Source of the DNA: Terriglobia bacterium
Lineage (GTDB): Bacteria > Acidobacteriota > Terriglobia > 20CM-2-55-15
DNA: 64,000 bases
Direction: 5' to 3'
Assembly: GCA_963664115.2 (NCBI GenBank)
Contig: CAXWPJ010000001.1
Coordinates: 32,001-96,000 of the forward strand
Numbering within the stretch: the stretch's first letter is position 1; each line of letters begins with the position of its first letter. Below, one piece after another: positions 38,452 to 47,648 of the stretch. The position numbers and the translations under genes were made by a program. The notes below the pieces were generated by a model, which was not told the origin of the DNA, searched no databases, and saw nothing but the letters and a program-made list of their open reading frames with translations.

Positions 38452-38635
38452 CGACCCTTGACACCCGTTTGAGAAGCGCACCCCACCCGGGGTGCGTCTA
38501 GGGTGCAGATGCGCTGATTTCCCTCGCGGATCTTAGTAGACTCTTCCTACCCTGCACGCTTGAAGCTATTGAAACGGCAAAGATGGACATCGTTTAAAAA
38601 GGTATAATCCTCCTCACATTGGAGGAGATATTGCG

Positions 38636-39172
38636 ATGGGAAAGAAGCTTGAGGGGAAGACGGTACTGCTGATCGTTCCCCCGACCCAGTTCAGAGAAGA
38701 GGAAGTATTTGAGCCAAAGCGAATCCTTGAAAAGGAAGGAGCGGATGTCGTGGTGGCTTCGACCACCGCCCGAATCTGCCGTGGAACGCGCGGGGGTGTG
38801 GTCGACGCGACCGTGGCCATTGAGGGTGCGACTGCCGAGTCCTTTGATGCCGTTGTGTTGGCAGGCGGCCTCTCGGTTCCCGATTACTTCTGGAAAGACA
38901 CGAAACTCGCCGAATTTGTTGCGGCGATGTCCGAGGCTGGAAAGCTGGTCGCCGCAATCTCTCTCTCCACCGTCGTTTTGGCGAAAGCGAAACTGCTTGA
39001 AGGCCGTGAAGCCACCGTGTACTACCTGCCTGAAGCGCTTGAAGAGCTCAAAAATGGCGGAGCGGCCTACGTCGAAAAAAAACTGATCGTCGATGGCAAC
39101 CTGGTGATGGCCGAAGGACCCGGCGCTGTCGGTTCCTTTACGGACGCCATCGTGACGGCGCTGGCTAATTAA
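38636..39172 (+). CDS. DJ-1/PfpI family protein
   Basis: FREEE, FDAVVLAGG, GKLVAAISLS (Ser at the nucleophile-elbow position), GREAT, DGNLV. Confidence 0.88.
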   Translation: MGKKLEGKTVLLIVPPTQFREEEVFEPKRILEKEGADVVVASTTARICRGTRGGVVDATVAIEGATAESFDAVVLAGGLSVPDYFWKDTKLAEFVAAMSEAGKLVAAISLSTVVLAKAKLLEGREATVYYLPEALEELKNGGAAYVEKKLIVDGNLVMAEGPGAVGSFTDAIVTALAN

Positions 39173-39566
39173 CCGTGTCCGCCGGCGGGGCTGGAATTGA
39201 CATCACGCTGAAGCTACTCTCCCGCACCAGATCGCCGGAAAGAAAGATCTGGAGGGCGTAGCTCCCAGGTTCGTCAAATGTGACATTCGTAAAGAAGGTG
39301 ATGTTGTCGGCAGGGCCCGGGCTGGCAATGGCGAATCGTCCGGGTGTGGAGCGTACGGTTTCCTTCCGGTGTGGATTCAAAATTCGAACTTCCGTCTGGA
39401 ACACCCCCTGGCCTTCCCAGTGATTGACGACAGCGAACTTGATCACAGCTGCCGGAAACTTCGGCACGTACACGTTCTGAAATACTCCCATCAGGGATAA
39501 TTTATGGCCGGCTTCGAGCCGGACGTCGTCGCAGAGTATCGAGTAAGACAGCGTCGCTGAATCCAT
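39165..39566 (-). CDS. DUF6941-like protein
   Basis: ILCDDVRLEAGHKLSLMGVF ... FDEPGSY. Confidence 0.65.
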   Translation of the reverse strand: MDSATLSYSILCDDVRLEAGHKLSLMGVFQNVYVPKFPAAVIKFAVVNHWEGQGVFQTEVRILNPHRKETVRSTPGRFAIASPGPADNITFFTNVTFDEPGSYALQIFLSGDLVRESSFSVMSIPAPPADTVN

Positions 39567-39577
39567 TAGTATCCTCT

Positions 39578-41020
39578 CTAAACGGCTTCGCCGTCGCCCA
39601 CACCGGTCATGGACTCCCGATTCAGCCGTTCCAGCAAGCGACGGTGGATATCATCAAAGCTACCGTTTGACATGATGACGATCCGGTCTCCGGGCCCGGC
39701 TCGGGTCGCGACAAAGTCGATAATCTCTTCAGATGAGCCCATTGCATGGGCTTCGGTTCCACCATGGCCCGCTTCGGCGGCCACACGCTGCGGGGACAAC
39801 ACGCCCTCCGCTTTGATGTGCGCCGCGGAGTAAACGGGGGCGATGAGAACCATGTCGGCGATGCTGAGAGCGCGGGCAAACTCACTTTCGAACAGCCGGC
39901 GCCGGGACGTCTGGGAACGCGGCTCGAAGACGGCCCATAGGCGCGATGCTGGGAACTGACTCCGAACGCCCTTAAGTGTTTCGCGAACGGCTGTCGGGTG
40001 ATGGGCGAAATCATCGTAGACAGTGATGCGGGCGACCTCCCCTCGAATTTCCAGGCGCCTCCGTACGTTTTTGAAGGTCTTGAGGGCCGTGGCTGTTTCC
40101 TCTTTCGAAAGCCCGAGCCTATCGGCCACGACGATCGCACTCAAAGCGTTGGCGACATTGAACTCCCCCACAAGAGGAGTCCAGACGCTATGCCAGAAAT
40201 TCCCCTCTCTGATCACATCGAAGCGGGTGCCATCTTCTTCGTGGGTTATGTTCCGTGTCGTCCAGTCGCCGGTTTCGAGACCGAAGGTTTGTACGGGAGC
40301 GGGTGCGTCATCGAGTAGATTCCCGACGGCCGGGCTCTCCGCTCCGGCGATTATCAGTCCGGAGCGCGGCACGATGTGCATCAACCTTCGAAACGACAGC
40401 TGAATAGCTTCGAGATCCGTATAGATATCGGCGTGGTCGAACTCTATGTTCTTGATCAAAGCAATGTGTGGAAGGTAGTGGAGAAACTTGGGTCCCTTGT
40501 CAAAGAAGGCCGTGTCGTATTCGTCGCCCTCAACGACGAAGTCAGGTCCCGAGCCCAGCCGATAGCTGCTGGAAAAATTCTCCGCAACGCCCCCCACGAG
40601 GAAAGACGGTTCCCGGCCGCTGCTGTGGAGCATCCACGCAAGTAGCGCCGTGGTCGTTGTCTTGCCATGGGTTCCCGCTACGACGGTCGATCGATGTCCC
40701 CGAATGAAAAATTCTTTAAGGGTTTCGGCCATGGAGCTATAGCGGATGCCCGTATCCAGGACGTGTTCAACTTCCGGGTTTCCTCTCGAAAGCGCGTTGC
40801 CGATCACAACCAGGTCCGGAGCGGCATTTTTGATGTGTGTTTCGGAGAAGCCTTCAAACACAGGAATGCCCAGGCTTTCCAGAAACGTCGACATCGGAGG
40901 GTAAACGGCCTGATCGGAGCCGGAAACACTGTAGCCGGCGGTGGTCAGCATTCCGGCCAATGAAGCCATGGCAGTACCGCAGATTCCTGAGAGAAAGACC
41001 TTGTGGATTTGCTCCTGCAC
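39578..41020 (-). CDS. mpl: UDP-MurNAc:L-Ala-gamma-D-Glu-meso-DAP ligase (murein peptide ligase)
   Basis: GICGTAMASLA, GNALSRGNPE, GTHGKTTT, EGDEYDTAFFDK, DDFAHHPTA, FEPRS; GTG 41020. Confidence 0.93.
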   Translation of the reverse strand: MQEQIHKVFLSGICGTAMASLAGMLTTAGYSVSGSDQAVYPPMSTFLESLGIPVFEGFSETHIKNAAPDLVVIGNALSRGNPEVEHVLDTGIRYSSMAETLKEFFIRGHRSTVVAGTHGKTTTTALLAWMLHSSGREPSFLVGGVAENFSSSYRLGSGPDFVVEGDEYDTAFFDKGPKFLHYLPHIALIKNIEFDHADIYTDLEAIQLSFRRLMHIVPRSGLIIAGAESPAVGNLLDDAPAPVQTFGLETGDWTTRNITHEEDGTRFDVIREGNFWHSVWTPLVGEFNVANALSAIVVADRLGLSKEETATALKTFKNVRRRLEIRGEVARITVYDDFAHHPTAVRETLKGVRSQFPASRLWAVFEPRSQTSRRRLFESEFARALSIADMVLIAPVYSAAHIKAEGVLSPQRVAAEAGHGGTEAHAMGSSEEIIDFVATRAGPGDRIVIMSNGSFDDIHRRLLERLNRESMTGVGDGEAV

Positions 41021-41033
41021 TCTTAGTTTCTTC

Positions 41034-41969
41034 TTATCGATCGACAGCGGATTCCAGAAGTTTGAACTGAGCGCCCTGTTCGAGCGAGAGACGGGCCTGC
41101 ACGCCGAAGGGGACGATGGCGTTGGGTTTAGAGGCATGACCGGTCGGAAATCCGAAAAGAACCGGCACCTTCAGGTCTCCGAGCGCATCACGGAAGACAT
41201 CCTCAATTGTGTACTTCTGGTCCGGGTGCTGTGTGCATCCCAACATCTCACCGACGACGCAGCCGCGAATGCGGTCGAATTTTCCTGATTGACGGAGGTG
41301 GGTCAGCATCCGGTCCACCTGGTAGGGACGGCAATCGGCGTCCTCCAGAACAAGAATGGCATCGGTCGTGTCAATTTCCCACGGTGTGCCCAGCGTCGAG
41401 ACCACGAGCGAAAGACACCCTCCCGTCAGGGGTCCCTCCCCATTTCCAGCGTGGAGGATGCTGCATCCGTCCAACGGAAATTCAACCGCTTCGCCTTCCA
41501 CCAGCATCCGCATCAACAGTCCCTGGTCATATCCTGCATCGCCTTGCCGCAAGGCTGTCGCAACCATGGGGCCATGAAACCCGACCACACCCGCTCTCTG
41601 GAAAGCCGCCAGAAGCATGGTCACATCGCTGGAACCGCAGAAGATTTTGGGATGGGAACGTATTTCCGATTCATCGATGAGCGGCAGCAAATGTCCGCTG
41701 CCGTAGCCGCCACGAGCGCAGAAAATCGCGCTCACGGTGTCATCCAGTAACATCGACCTCAGTTCTTCCACGCGGCGGGTTGCGGAGCCCGCGGTGTAAC
41801 GATCCACTTCCAGAATACCTTCGGCCACACGCGTCTTGAAGCCCAAGGATTCCAACTCGCCGAGCCCCTCGGCGAGCATTTCGGCTTTGAGATTACTGGC
41901 AGGGGCAATCACTCCTATGGTATCGCCCGTTCGGAGCGCGCGGGGTTTGCTGGGGTTCGGGCTCGGCAT
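41034..41969 (-). CDS. ldcA: LD-carboxypeptidase (S66)
   Basis: ARGGYG, GSSDVT, HGP, GGCLS, LED, GH; upstream of mpl. Confidence 0.9.
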   Translation of the reverse strand: MPSPNPSKPRALRTGDTIGVIAPASNLKAEMLAEGLGELESLGFKTRVAEGILEVDRYTAGSATRRVEELRSMLLDDTVSAIFCARGGYGSGHLLPLIDESEIRSHPKIFCGSSDVTMLLAAFQRAGVVGFHGPMVATALRQGDAGYDQGLLMRMLVEGEAVEFPLDGCSILHAGNGEGPLTGGCLSLVVSTLGTPWEIDTTDAILVLEDADCRPYQVDRMLTHLRQSGKFDRIRGCVVGEMLGCTQHPDQKYTIEDVFRDALGDLKVPVLFGFPTGHASKPNAIVPFGVQARLSLEQGAQFKLLESAVDR

Positions 41970-41976
41970 GTTGATC

Positions 41977-42972
41977 TCAGGAGCGACGTGTGTCCCAGGC
42001 CTCCGGGTTTACCAGGTTTGCGGGGCGATCTCCGTTCAAGCCGGACAGGAGGTTCTGACCCGCCATCATGCACATGCGCAGCCGGGTTTCATGGGAACTG
42101 CTTGCGATATGGGGTGCGAGCACGACGTTGTCAAGCCCCATCAATCCCTCCACAAGAGCGGGTTCGAACTCGTACACATCGAGTCCGGCGCCGGCGATCA
42201 CATCGGCCGTAAGAGCCCGGACCAGCGCGTTCTCGTCAACGACCGGTCCGCGGGAGGTATTGATGAGGATCGCGGTGGTTTTCATCGAGCGAAGAGCCTC
42301 GTCGTCGATGAGGTGGCGGGTGCTCTCGAGCAAGGGAACATGGAGGCTGACGAAATCGGACTGCCGAAGAATCGTATCCATGGGGACGGACTCTGCTCCG
42401 AGTTCCGCCGCGACATCGTCCCCGACGGGATAAGGATCGTAAAAAAGGACCCGCATTCCGAAGCCCTGGGCTCTCCGTGCGACTGCTTGTCCGATTCTTC
42501 CCAGGCCAACAACCCCCAGAACCTTGCCGCATATGTCGTGACCCAGAAGCATGCGAGGCCCCCAGGCGTCAAACTTGCCTGCCCTCACGAATCGGTCCGC
42601 TTCGACGATCCGGCGGGCTGTGGCCAGCATAAGCGACCATGCGAAGTCTGCCGTAGTTTCGGTGAGAACGCCGGGAGTATTCGTGACCAGAATGCCCCGT
42701 TCGGTCGCGCCCTTGATGTCAATGTTGTCGAAACCCACCGCGAAATTTGCGATGACCTTCAACTTGGGGCATCGGTCCATCAGCTGCGGACTGATGGAGT
42801 CCGTGAGCAGTGCGAGAACGCCGTCCACATCTTGAATCCCCTCTTCCAGCGCGTCGGGAGCAAGGACCTGATCGGTCGGATTTCCGTCCACCTGAACCTG
42901 ATTTTTCAGGAAAGAAACCGCTTCGTCAAAAACCCTGCGGGTGATGAAGACCTTCTGAAACACTCGAAACAC
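41977..42972 (-). CDS. D-2-hydroxyacid dehydrogenase (glyoxylate reductase/D-glycerate dehydrogenase)
   Basis: AVGFDNID, TNTPGVL, GLGRIG, NTSRG, LDVYEFEP, PHIAS. Start may be 42963. Confidence 0.92.
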   Translation of the reverse strand: MFRVFQKVFITRRVFDEAVSFLKNQVQVDGNPTDQVLAPDALEEGIQDVDGVLALLTDSISPQLMDRCPKLKVIANFAVGFDNIDIKGATERGILVTNTPGVLTETTADFAWSLMLATARRIVEADRFVRAGKFDAWGPRMLLGHDICGKVLGVVGLGRIGQAVARRAQGFGMRVLFYDPYPVGDDVAAELGAESVPMDTILRQSDFVSLHVPLLESTRHLIDDEALRSMKTTAILINTSRGPVVDENALVRALTADVIAGAGLDVYEFEPALVEGLMGLDNVVLAPHIASSSHETRLRMCMMAGQNLLSGLNGDRPANLVNPEAWDTRRS

Positions 42973-43106
42973 TCCAAACCTAGGGCGCCGTGGACTTTAG
43001 GCGAACCGGACCCGATCCGGGCCGGTCCCGGAGTGACGTTCCGGACTGACAATGCCGCGATGTCACTCTGTTGTCGGGCTGACAACGTCTGACGGGGTCA
43101 AGCGTA

Positions 43107-43115
43107 TGCTATAAT
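43107..43115 (+). promoter_or_regulatory. Extended -10 promoter element
   Basis: TGCTATAAT about 45 bp upstream of the amidohydrolase start. Confidence 0.45.
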
Positions 43116-43159
43116 TCGGGGCTTTGTCGAACCTGTATTCGCAATAGGAGTTGGATGGA

Positions 43160-44599
43160 ATGAATCGTGTCTCACTTCTCGCTTTGGCCGCACTGGTGCT
43201 CGGCGCCTGCGGTGCCCCTGAGGAAATCGAATCCACCGAACCCGAACGTGTTGTCACGTTTTTTGAAGGTGGCCGAGCAATACTTGGCAATGGAAGCGAA
43301 GTCATCGAGGACGTCGCTTTTGTCGTGGACGACGGAATCGTAACCGCGATCGGTCCAGTGGCTGAGGTTGAGCATCCTCCTGGCGCCGAACGCTACGACC
43401 TGTCCGATCACACGGTGGTCCCTTTTCTGCACAACATGCATGGGCACGTGGGCTACCTGGACCGCTTTGGCGAAATGTCCGCCGACCAGTACACGCGTGA
43501 AAACATCCTGATCGATCTCGACCGATACCTGTACTACGGCGTCGGCACGGTAGCCGTCCTTGGCTCCGACCGGGATGACACGGCCTTCCAGATCCGTGGT
43601 GAGCAGCAGGGCGCCGGCTTGACTACGACGCGACTCATGACCGCGGGTCGCGGCATTACTGCGAGAAACGGGTTCCCATTGCGGATCGAGCCCTTGTCGG
43701 ACGTGCCCTACCAGATCGCAAGCGAGGATGAAGCCCGTGCCGCAGTTCAGGGGTTGGCCGCTCAGGGCGTCGACTTTGTAAAAGTCTGGCTCGACGATGA
43801 CCGGCGGGTCTCCGGTCAGGTCTACCGATTCGGGCAGCTGACGAATCAGTACTCGACGGTTACCAAGCTGAGTCCGGCGCTTTACGGGGCCATCATCGAC
43901 GAAGCGCATCAAAACAATCTGAGGGTCGTGGCTCATGTCAGATATCTCGCTGACGCAAAGGGCCTGGTCGAGGCGGGCATCGACGGATTGGTCCACAGCA
44001 TTCGAGACCGGGCGGTCGATAGTGCCCTGATCCAGGCGATGCTCGATAACGACGTTTTTTATGTACCGACCCTGACCGCGCATGAATCCACTTTCATTTA
44101 CGCTGATGAGCCGGCGTGGCTGAGGGAAGGCGCCCTGCGCGAAAGTGTATCCGGCGCGATAATCGGCCGGCTGTCAAGCCGGGGAATCGTGGGAACGATG
44201 CAGCAGGATCCGAACCTGACGCTCTTGCGTGGGGAATTCGAGAACGCGATGGAAAACTTCAAAGCGCTCTACGATGCGGGCGTCGCCGTAGGTCTGGGAA
44301 CCGATTCGGGCGGAACCCACAGGTTCCCGGGATTCTTCGAACATCGAGAGTTGGAATTGATGGTCCAGGCTGGACTGACGCCTCTTCAGGCAATCACGGT
44401 CGGCACTCAGGAATCCGGCCGGCTTCTGGGACTGGAAGACACCGGAACCCTCGAAGTGGGAAGGAGGGGAGACTTCATCATCGTTCCCGACGACCCGCTG
44501 ACCGATATCACCGCAACCCGTAACATCGCTGAGGTGTTCCGAGGTGGCGTCGAGGTCGAACGATCGACCATGATGAGCACATTCACAACGGTGAACTAA
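43160..44599 (+). CDS. Amidohydrolase-family lipoprotein
   Basis: Lipobox LGAC; HNMHGH, VKVW, AH, H, LGTDSG, GTLEVGRRGD; ATG 43160 after AGGAG. Confidence 0.85.
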   Translation: MNRVSLLALAALVLGACGAPEEIESTEPERVVTFFEGGRAILGNGSEVIEDVAFVVDDGIVTAIGPVAEVEHPPGAERYDLSDHTVVPFLHNMHGHVGYLDRFGEMSADQYTRENILIDLDRYLYYGVGTVAVLGSDRDDTAFQIRGEQQGAGLTTTRLMTAGRGITARNGFPLRIEPLSDVPYQIASEDEARAAVQGLAAQGVDFVKVWLDDDRRVSGQVYRFGQLTNQYSTVTKLSPALYGAIIDEAHQNNLRVVAHVRYLADAKGLVEAGIDGLVHSIRDRAVDSALIQAMLDNDVFYVPTLTAHESTFIYADEPAWLREGALRESVSGAIIGRLSSRGIVGTMQQDPNLTLLRGEFENAMENFKALYDAGVAVGLGTDSGGTHRFPGFFEHRELELMVQAGLTPLQAITVGTQESGRLLGLEDTGTLEVGRRGDFIIVPDDPLTDITATRNIAEVFRGGVEVERSTMMSTFTTVN

Positions 44600-44802
44600 C
44601 AGTCCCGATTCAGAGAGATGAGCGGGGTGCCGCCCTCGTGTGGTGGGCGCCTCAACGTCTCGGCCGGTCCGGCAGAATCAGGTTTATCCTTCCATTCCAC
44701 CGTTTAATTTTTCGTTGTTGAAGGACGCGGTCGTCCACGGGCCGGACATTCGGACGACCCGCAAAGAACCCGCAATCGCAAGCCTCAAGAGAGGACGCCG
44801 TC

Positions 44803-45903
44803 ATGGCAAAGTATAAGCGAACAGTTCTCTGCGAACTTCAGCTTGCCCGGGGAGCGCGACTGGTTCCCTTTGGCGCATGGGAAATGCCGGTGGAGTATAG
44901 CGGGATTTCTAAGGAGCATCATGCCGTTCGCACGGGGGTTGGTCTTTTCGATGTCAGCCATATGGGGGAGTTCTTGGTGCGGGGTCCGGGATCGCTTGAT
45001 CTTTTACAACACGTCACGACGAACGACGTGGCCCGCCTCTCCGCTGGGGCAGCCCAATATACGACGATGGCATCCGAAGATGGTACGGTCGTCGATGATT
45101 TGCTCCTATACCGTCTGGCGCAAGACGAGTACATGATGGTCGTCAATGCAACGAATACAGATTCCGATTTCCACTGGTTAGGCACCCATAACAAGTTCGA
45201 CTCACAATTAGAAGATGTCAGTCACAAAACGACTCTTCTTGCGCTCCAGGGACCGCGCGCCCAGGAAATGCTGCAGCCGTTGACTGAAGCGGATCTGTCG
45301 ACCCTTGCCTCGTTTCGTTGCATTCAGACCCGAGTTGGGGGAGTGGAAGGAATCCTCTCCAGAACCGGATACACGGGGGAGGACGGTTTCGAGTTCTATT
45401 TCTCAAATTCAGACGCCCACGCGGTCTGGGGTACGCTCATTGAAGCGGGAACGCCGTTCGGCGTTCTCCCTGTCGGTTTGGGCGCCCGTAACACGCTTCG
45501 CCTGGAAGCGGGACTGTTGCTTCATGGGAACGATATGGATCAGACGACAACCCCCATCGAAGCGGGTATAGGATGGGTCGTGAAACTTGAAAAGGGAGAC
45601 TTCATAGGACGTGAGGCCCTTTTGCGTCAGGTGAAAGCCGGCGTCACGCGAAGGCTGACCGGTTTCCAGATGATGGGGCCCTTGATCGCGCGTGACGGCT
45701 ATCCTGTCCTTGTTGACGGCCAGACCGTGGGTCAAGTCACCAGCGGGAGCCCATCTATTACCTTGAAGAAGAATATTGGTTTAGCGTATCTTCCTGCCGA
45801 ACACACCGCCGATGGAACACGGCTTCAAGTGCGAATACGCAAGAGTGTTGGTGAGGCCGAGGTCGTGCCCACGCCATTTTACAAACGGAGAGCCTCGATA
45901 TGA
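44803..45903 (+). CDS. gcvT: Glycine cleavage T protein
   Basis: LFDVSHMG, SRTGYTGEDGFE, GLGARNTLRLEAG. Confidence 0.96.
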   Translation: MAKYKRTVLCELQLARGARLVPFGAWEMPVEYSGISKEHHAVRTGVGLFDVSHMGEFLVRGPGSLDLLQHVTTNDVARLSAGAAQYTTMASEDGTVVDDLLLYRLAQDEYMMVVNATNTDSDFHWLGTHNKFDSQLEDVSHKTTLLALQGPRAQEMLQPLTEADLSTLASFRCIQTRVGGVEGILSRTGYTGEDGFEFYFSNSDAHAVWGTLIEAGTPFGVLPVGLGARNTLRLEAGLLLHGNDMDQTTTPIEAGIGWVVKLEKGDFIGREALLRQVKAGVTRRLTGFQMMGPLIARDGYPVLVDGQTVGQVTSGSPSITLKKNIGLAYLPAEHTADGTRLQVRIRKSVGEAEVVPTPFYKRRASI

Positions 45904-46298
45904 ACCCAGATGATTTGCTCTACTCAAAAGAACACGAGTGGGTCTTTGTCGAAGATGAAGTCGCAACGATCGGCATCACCTCGCACGCGGAACAGGAGTT
46001 GGGAGAAGTCGTCTATGTCGAGTTGCCGAAGGCCGGGGATCAGTTGGACGCCAACGACACATTTGGTACGGTCGAATCCGTCAAGGCGGTATCCGAGCTG
46101 TTCATGCCGGTCTCTGGTGAGGTAATCGAAATCAACGATGCACTCGACCCCTCCCCTGAACTCGTCAACGATGATGCCTATGGGAAAGGGTGGATGATCC
46201 GCATTCGGATGCGTGATCAATCGGAACTCAAGAACCTGATTTCACCTGACGAGTATGCGGAGTACACCTCCGGATCCGAATCAAAACCGGAGGGATAG
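45900..46298 (+). CDS. gcvH: Glycine cleavage H protein
   Basis: HEW, VESVKAVSE (lipoyl Lys), GW. Confidence 0.96.
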   Translation: MNPDDLLYSKEHEWVFVEDEVATIGITSHAEQELGEVVYVELPKAGDQLDANDTFGTVESVKAVSELFMPVSGEVIEINDALDPSPELVNDDAYGKGWMIRIRMRDQSELKNLISPDEYAEYTSGSESKPEG

Positions 46299-46301
46299 TC
46301 C

Positions 46302-47648
46302 TTGCGTTACATTCCGAATTCTCCGACCGGCCGCGGAGAAATGCTGCGCGAAATCGGCGTTGATGGGATCGAAGAGCTATTCGCTGGAATTCCCGGTAAT
46401 CTGCGTCTGAAACGCCTTCTGGATCTTCCCCCGGCGATGACAGAACCGGAATTGCTGGGTTATTTCGATGACGCAGCGCGACGCAACCACACAACGGCAA
46501 CGTCCTTTCTCGGGGCCGGCATTTATCCCCATCACATTCCTGTCGTCGTGGATGCCCTGATCTCCAGGTCTGAATTCTTCACGGCATATACCCCCTACCA
46601 GGCTGAAATTGCCCAGGGCACTCTGCAGGCGATTTTTGAATTTCAGACCTACATCACGCAACTGACAGGAATGGACGTTGCCAACGCCTCCCTCTATGAC
46701 GGGAGTACGGCCTTGGCCGAAGCCGTACTGATGGCGCATCGAATCCGGGGAAGAAACCGCTTTATTGTCGCGCGATCGGTGCATCCGGAGTATCGGCAAG
46801 TCGTGGATACTCACATGAAGCGGCTCGGAGTACGCTTCGACACGATCGGGTTTTCCAATAGCGGGCAGGTCGATATGGACTCGCTGCGGTCCGCCCTCGA
46901 TTCCGAGGTCGCAGCAGTCATCGTCCAGTCCCCCAATTTCTTCGGTGGCATCGAGGACGTGGGCGCCGTGTCGGAGTTGGCGCACCGCCACGGAGCTCTT
47001 GCTATCGTCAACGTCTGTGAAGCGATGTCGTTCGGACTTCTCGCTCCACCCGGTGCCTCAGACCGGGACGAGCGCTGTGGGGACATCGTCGTCGGTGAAG
47101 CTCAGTCACTGGGAATTCCGATGAATTTCGGAGGGCCTCATCTGGGATTTATCGCGACGCGCCAGGACTTCGTGAGGCAGTTGCCCGGTCGAATCGTGGG
47201 TATGGGACGCGACTCCGAAAGTCGACGGGGATTTGTTCTGACCCTGGCAACCCGGGAACAGCATATTCGCCGGGAAAAAGCGACTTCAAATATCTGTACC
47301 AACCAGTCGCTGTGTGCACTGATGACTACTGTTTTCCTGGCGCTCGTGGGTCCGCATGGACTTCGCGAGTTTGCCACCCAGAACGTTCAGAAGAGCGCAT
47401 ACCTCATGGATCGAATTGCGAACGACACACCCCATGAAATCCAGTTTTCCGGCCCGCGCTTCAACGAGTTTGTCGTCAAACTCGATGGGGATTACGCCGC
47501 GATATCTTCGCGATTGGAAAAATCCGGATTGGTCCCGGGGCTGCACCTGGGCCGCTTCTATCCAGATCTCGAGAACTCCTTGCTCATCTGCGCGACGGAA
47601 GTTCACCAGAAGGAAGAAATGGATGCGCTCGTAAAAGGCATGTCTTGA
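46302..47648 (+). CDS. gcvPA: Glycine dehydrogenase subunit 1
   Basis: FLGAG, YTPYQAE, NASLYDG, REQHIRREKATSNICTNQ. Confidence 0.95.
   Translation: MRYIPNSPTGRGEMLREIGVDGIEELFAGIPGNLRLKRLLDLPPAMTEPELLGYFDDAARRNHTTATSFLGAGIYPHHIPVVVDALISRSEFFTAYTPYQAEIAQGTLQAIFEFQTYITQLTGMDVANASLYDGSTALAEAVLMAHRIRGRNRFIVARSVHPEYRQVVDTHMKRLGVRFDTIGFSNSGQVDMDSLRSALDSEVAAVIVQSPNFFGGIEDVGAVSELAHRHGALAIVNVCEAMSFGLLAPPGASDRDERCGDIVVGEAQSLGIPMNFGGPHLGFIATRQDFVRQLPGRIVGMGRDSESRRGFVLTLATREQHIRREKATSNICTNQSLCALMTTVFLALVGPHGLREFATQNVQKSAYLMDRIANDTPHEIQFSGPRFNEFVVKLDGDYAAISSRLEKSGLVPGLHLGRFYPDLENSLLICATEVHQKEEMDALVKGMS

Noticed and set aside
41836-43092. Long antisense or alternate-frame ORFs (e.g. 41836..43092, 15344..16300, 58243..59352, 10380..11477, 61962..63020)
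   Set aside because: Shadow ORFs of well-supported genes in GC-rich DNA; no motifs.
44600-44802. Canonical glycine riboswitch as a feature
   Set aside because: The core GGAGA, CCGAAG and CTCAGG elements are not present in proper form; kept only as a low-interest finding.
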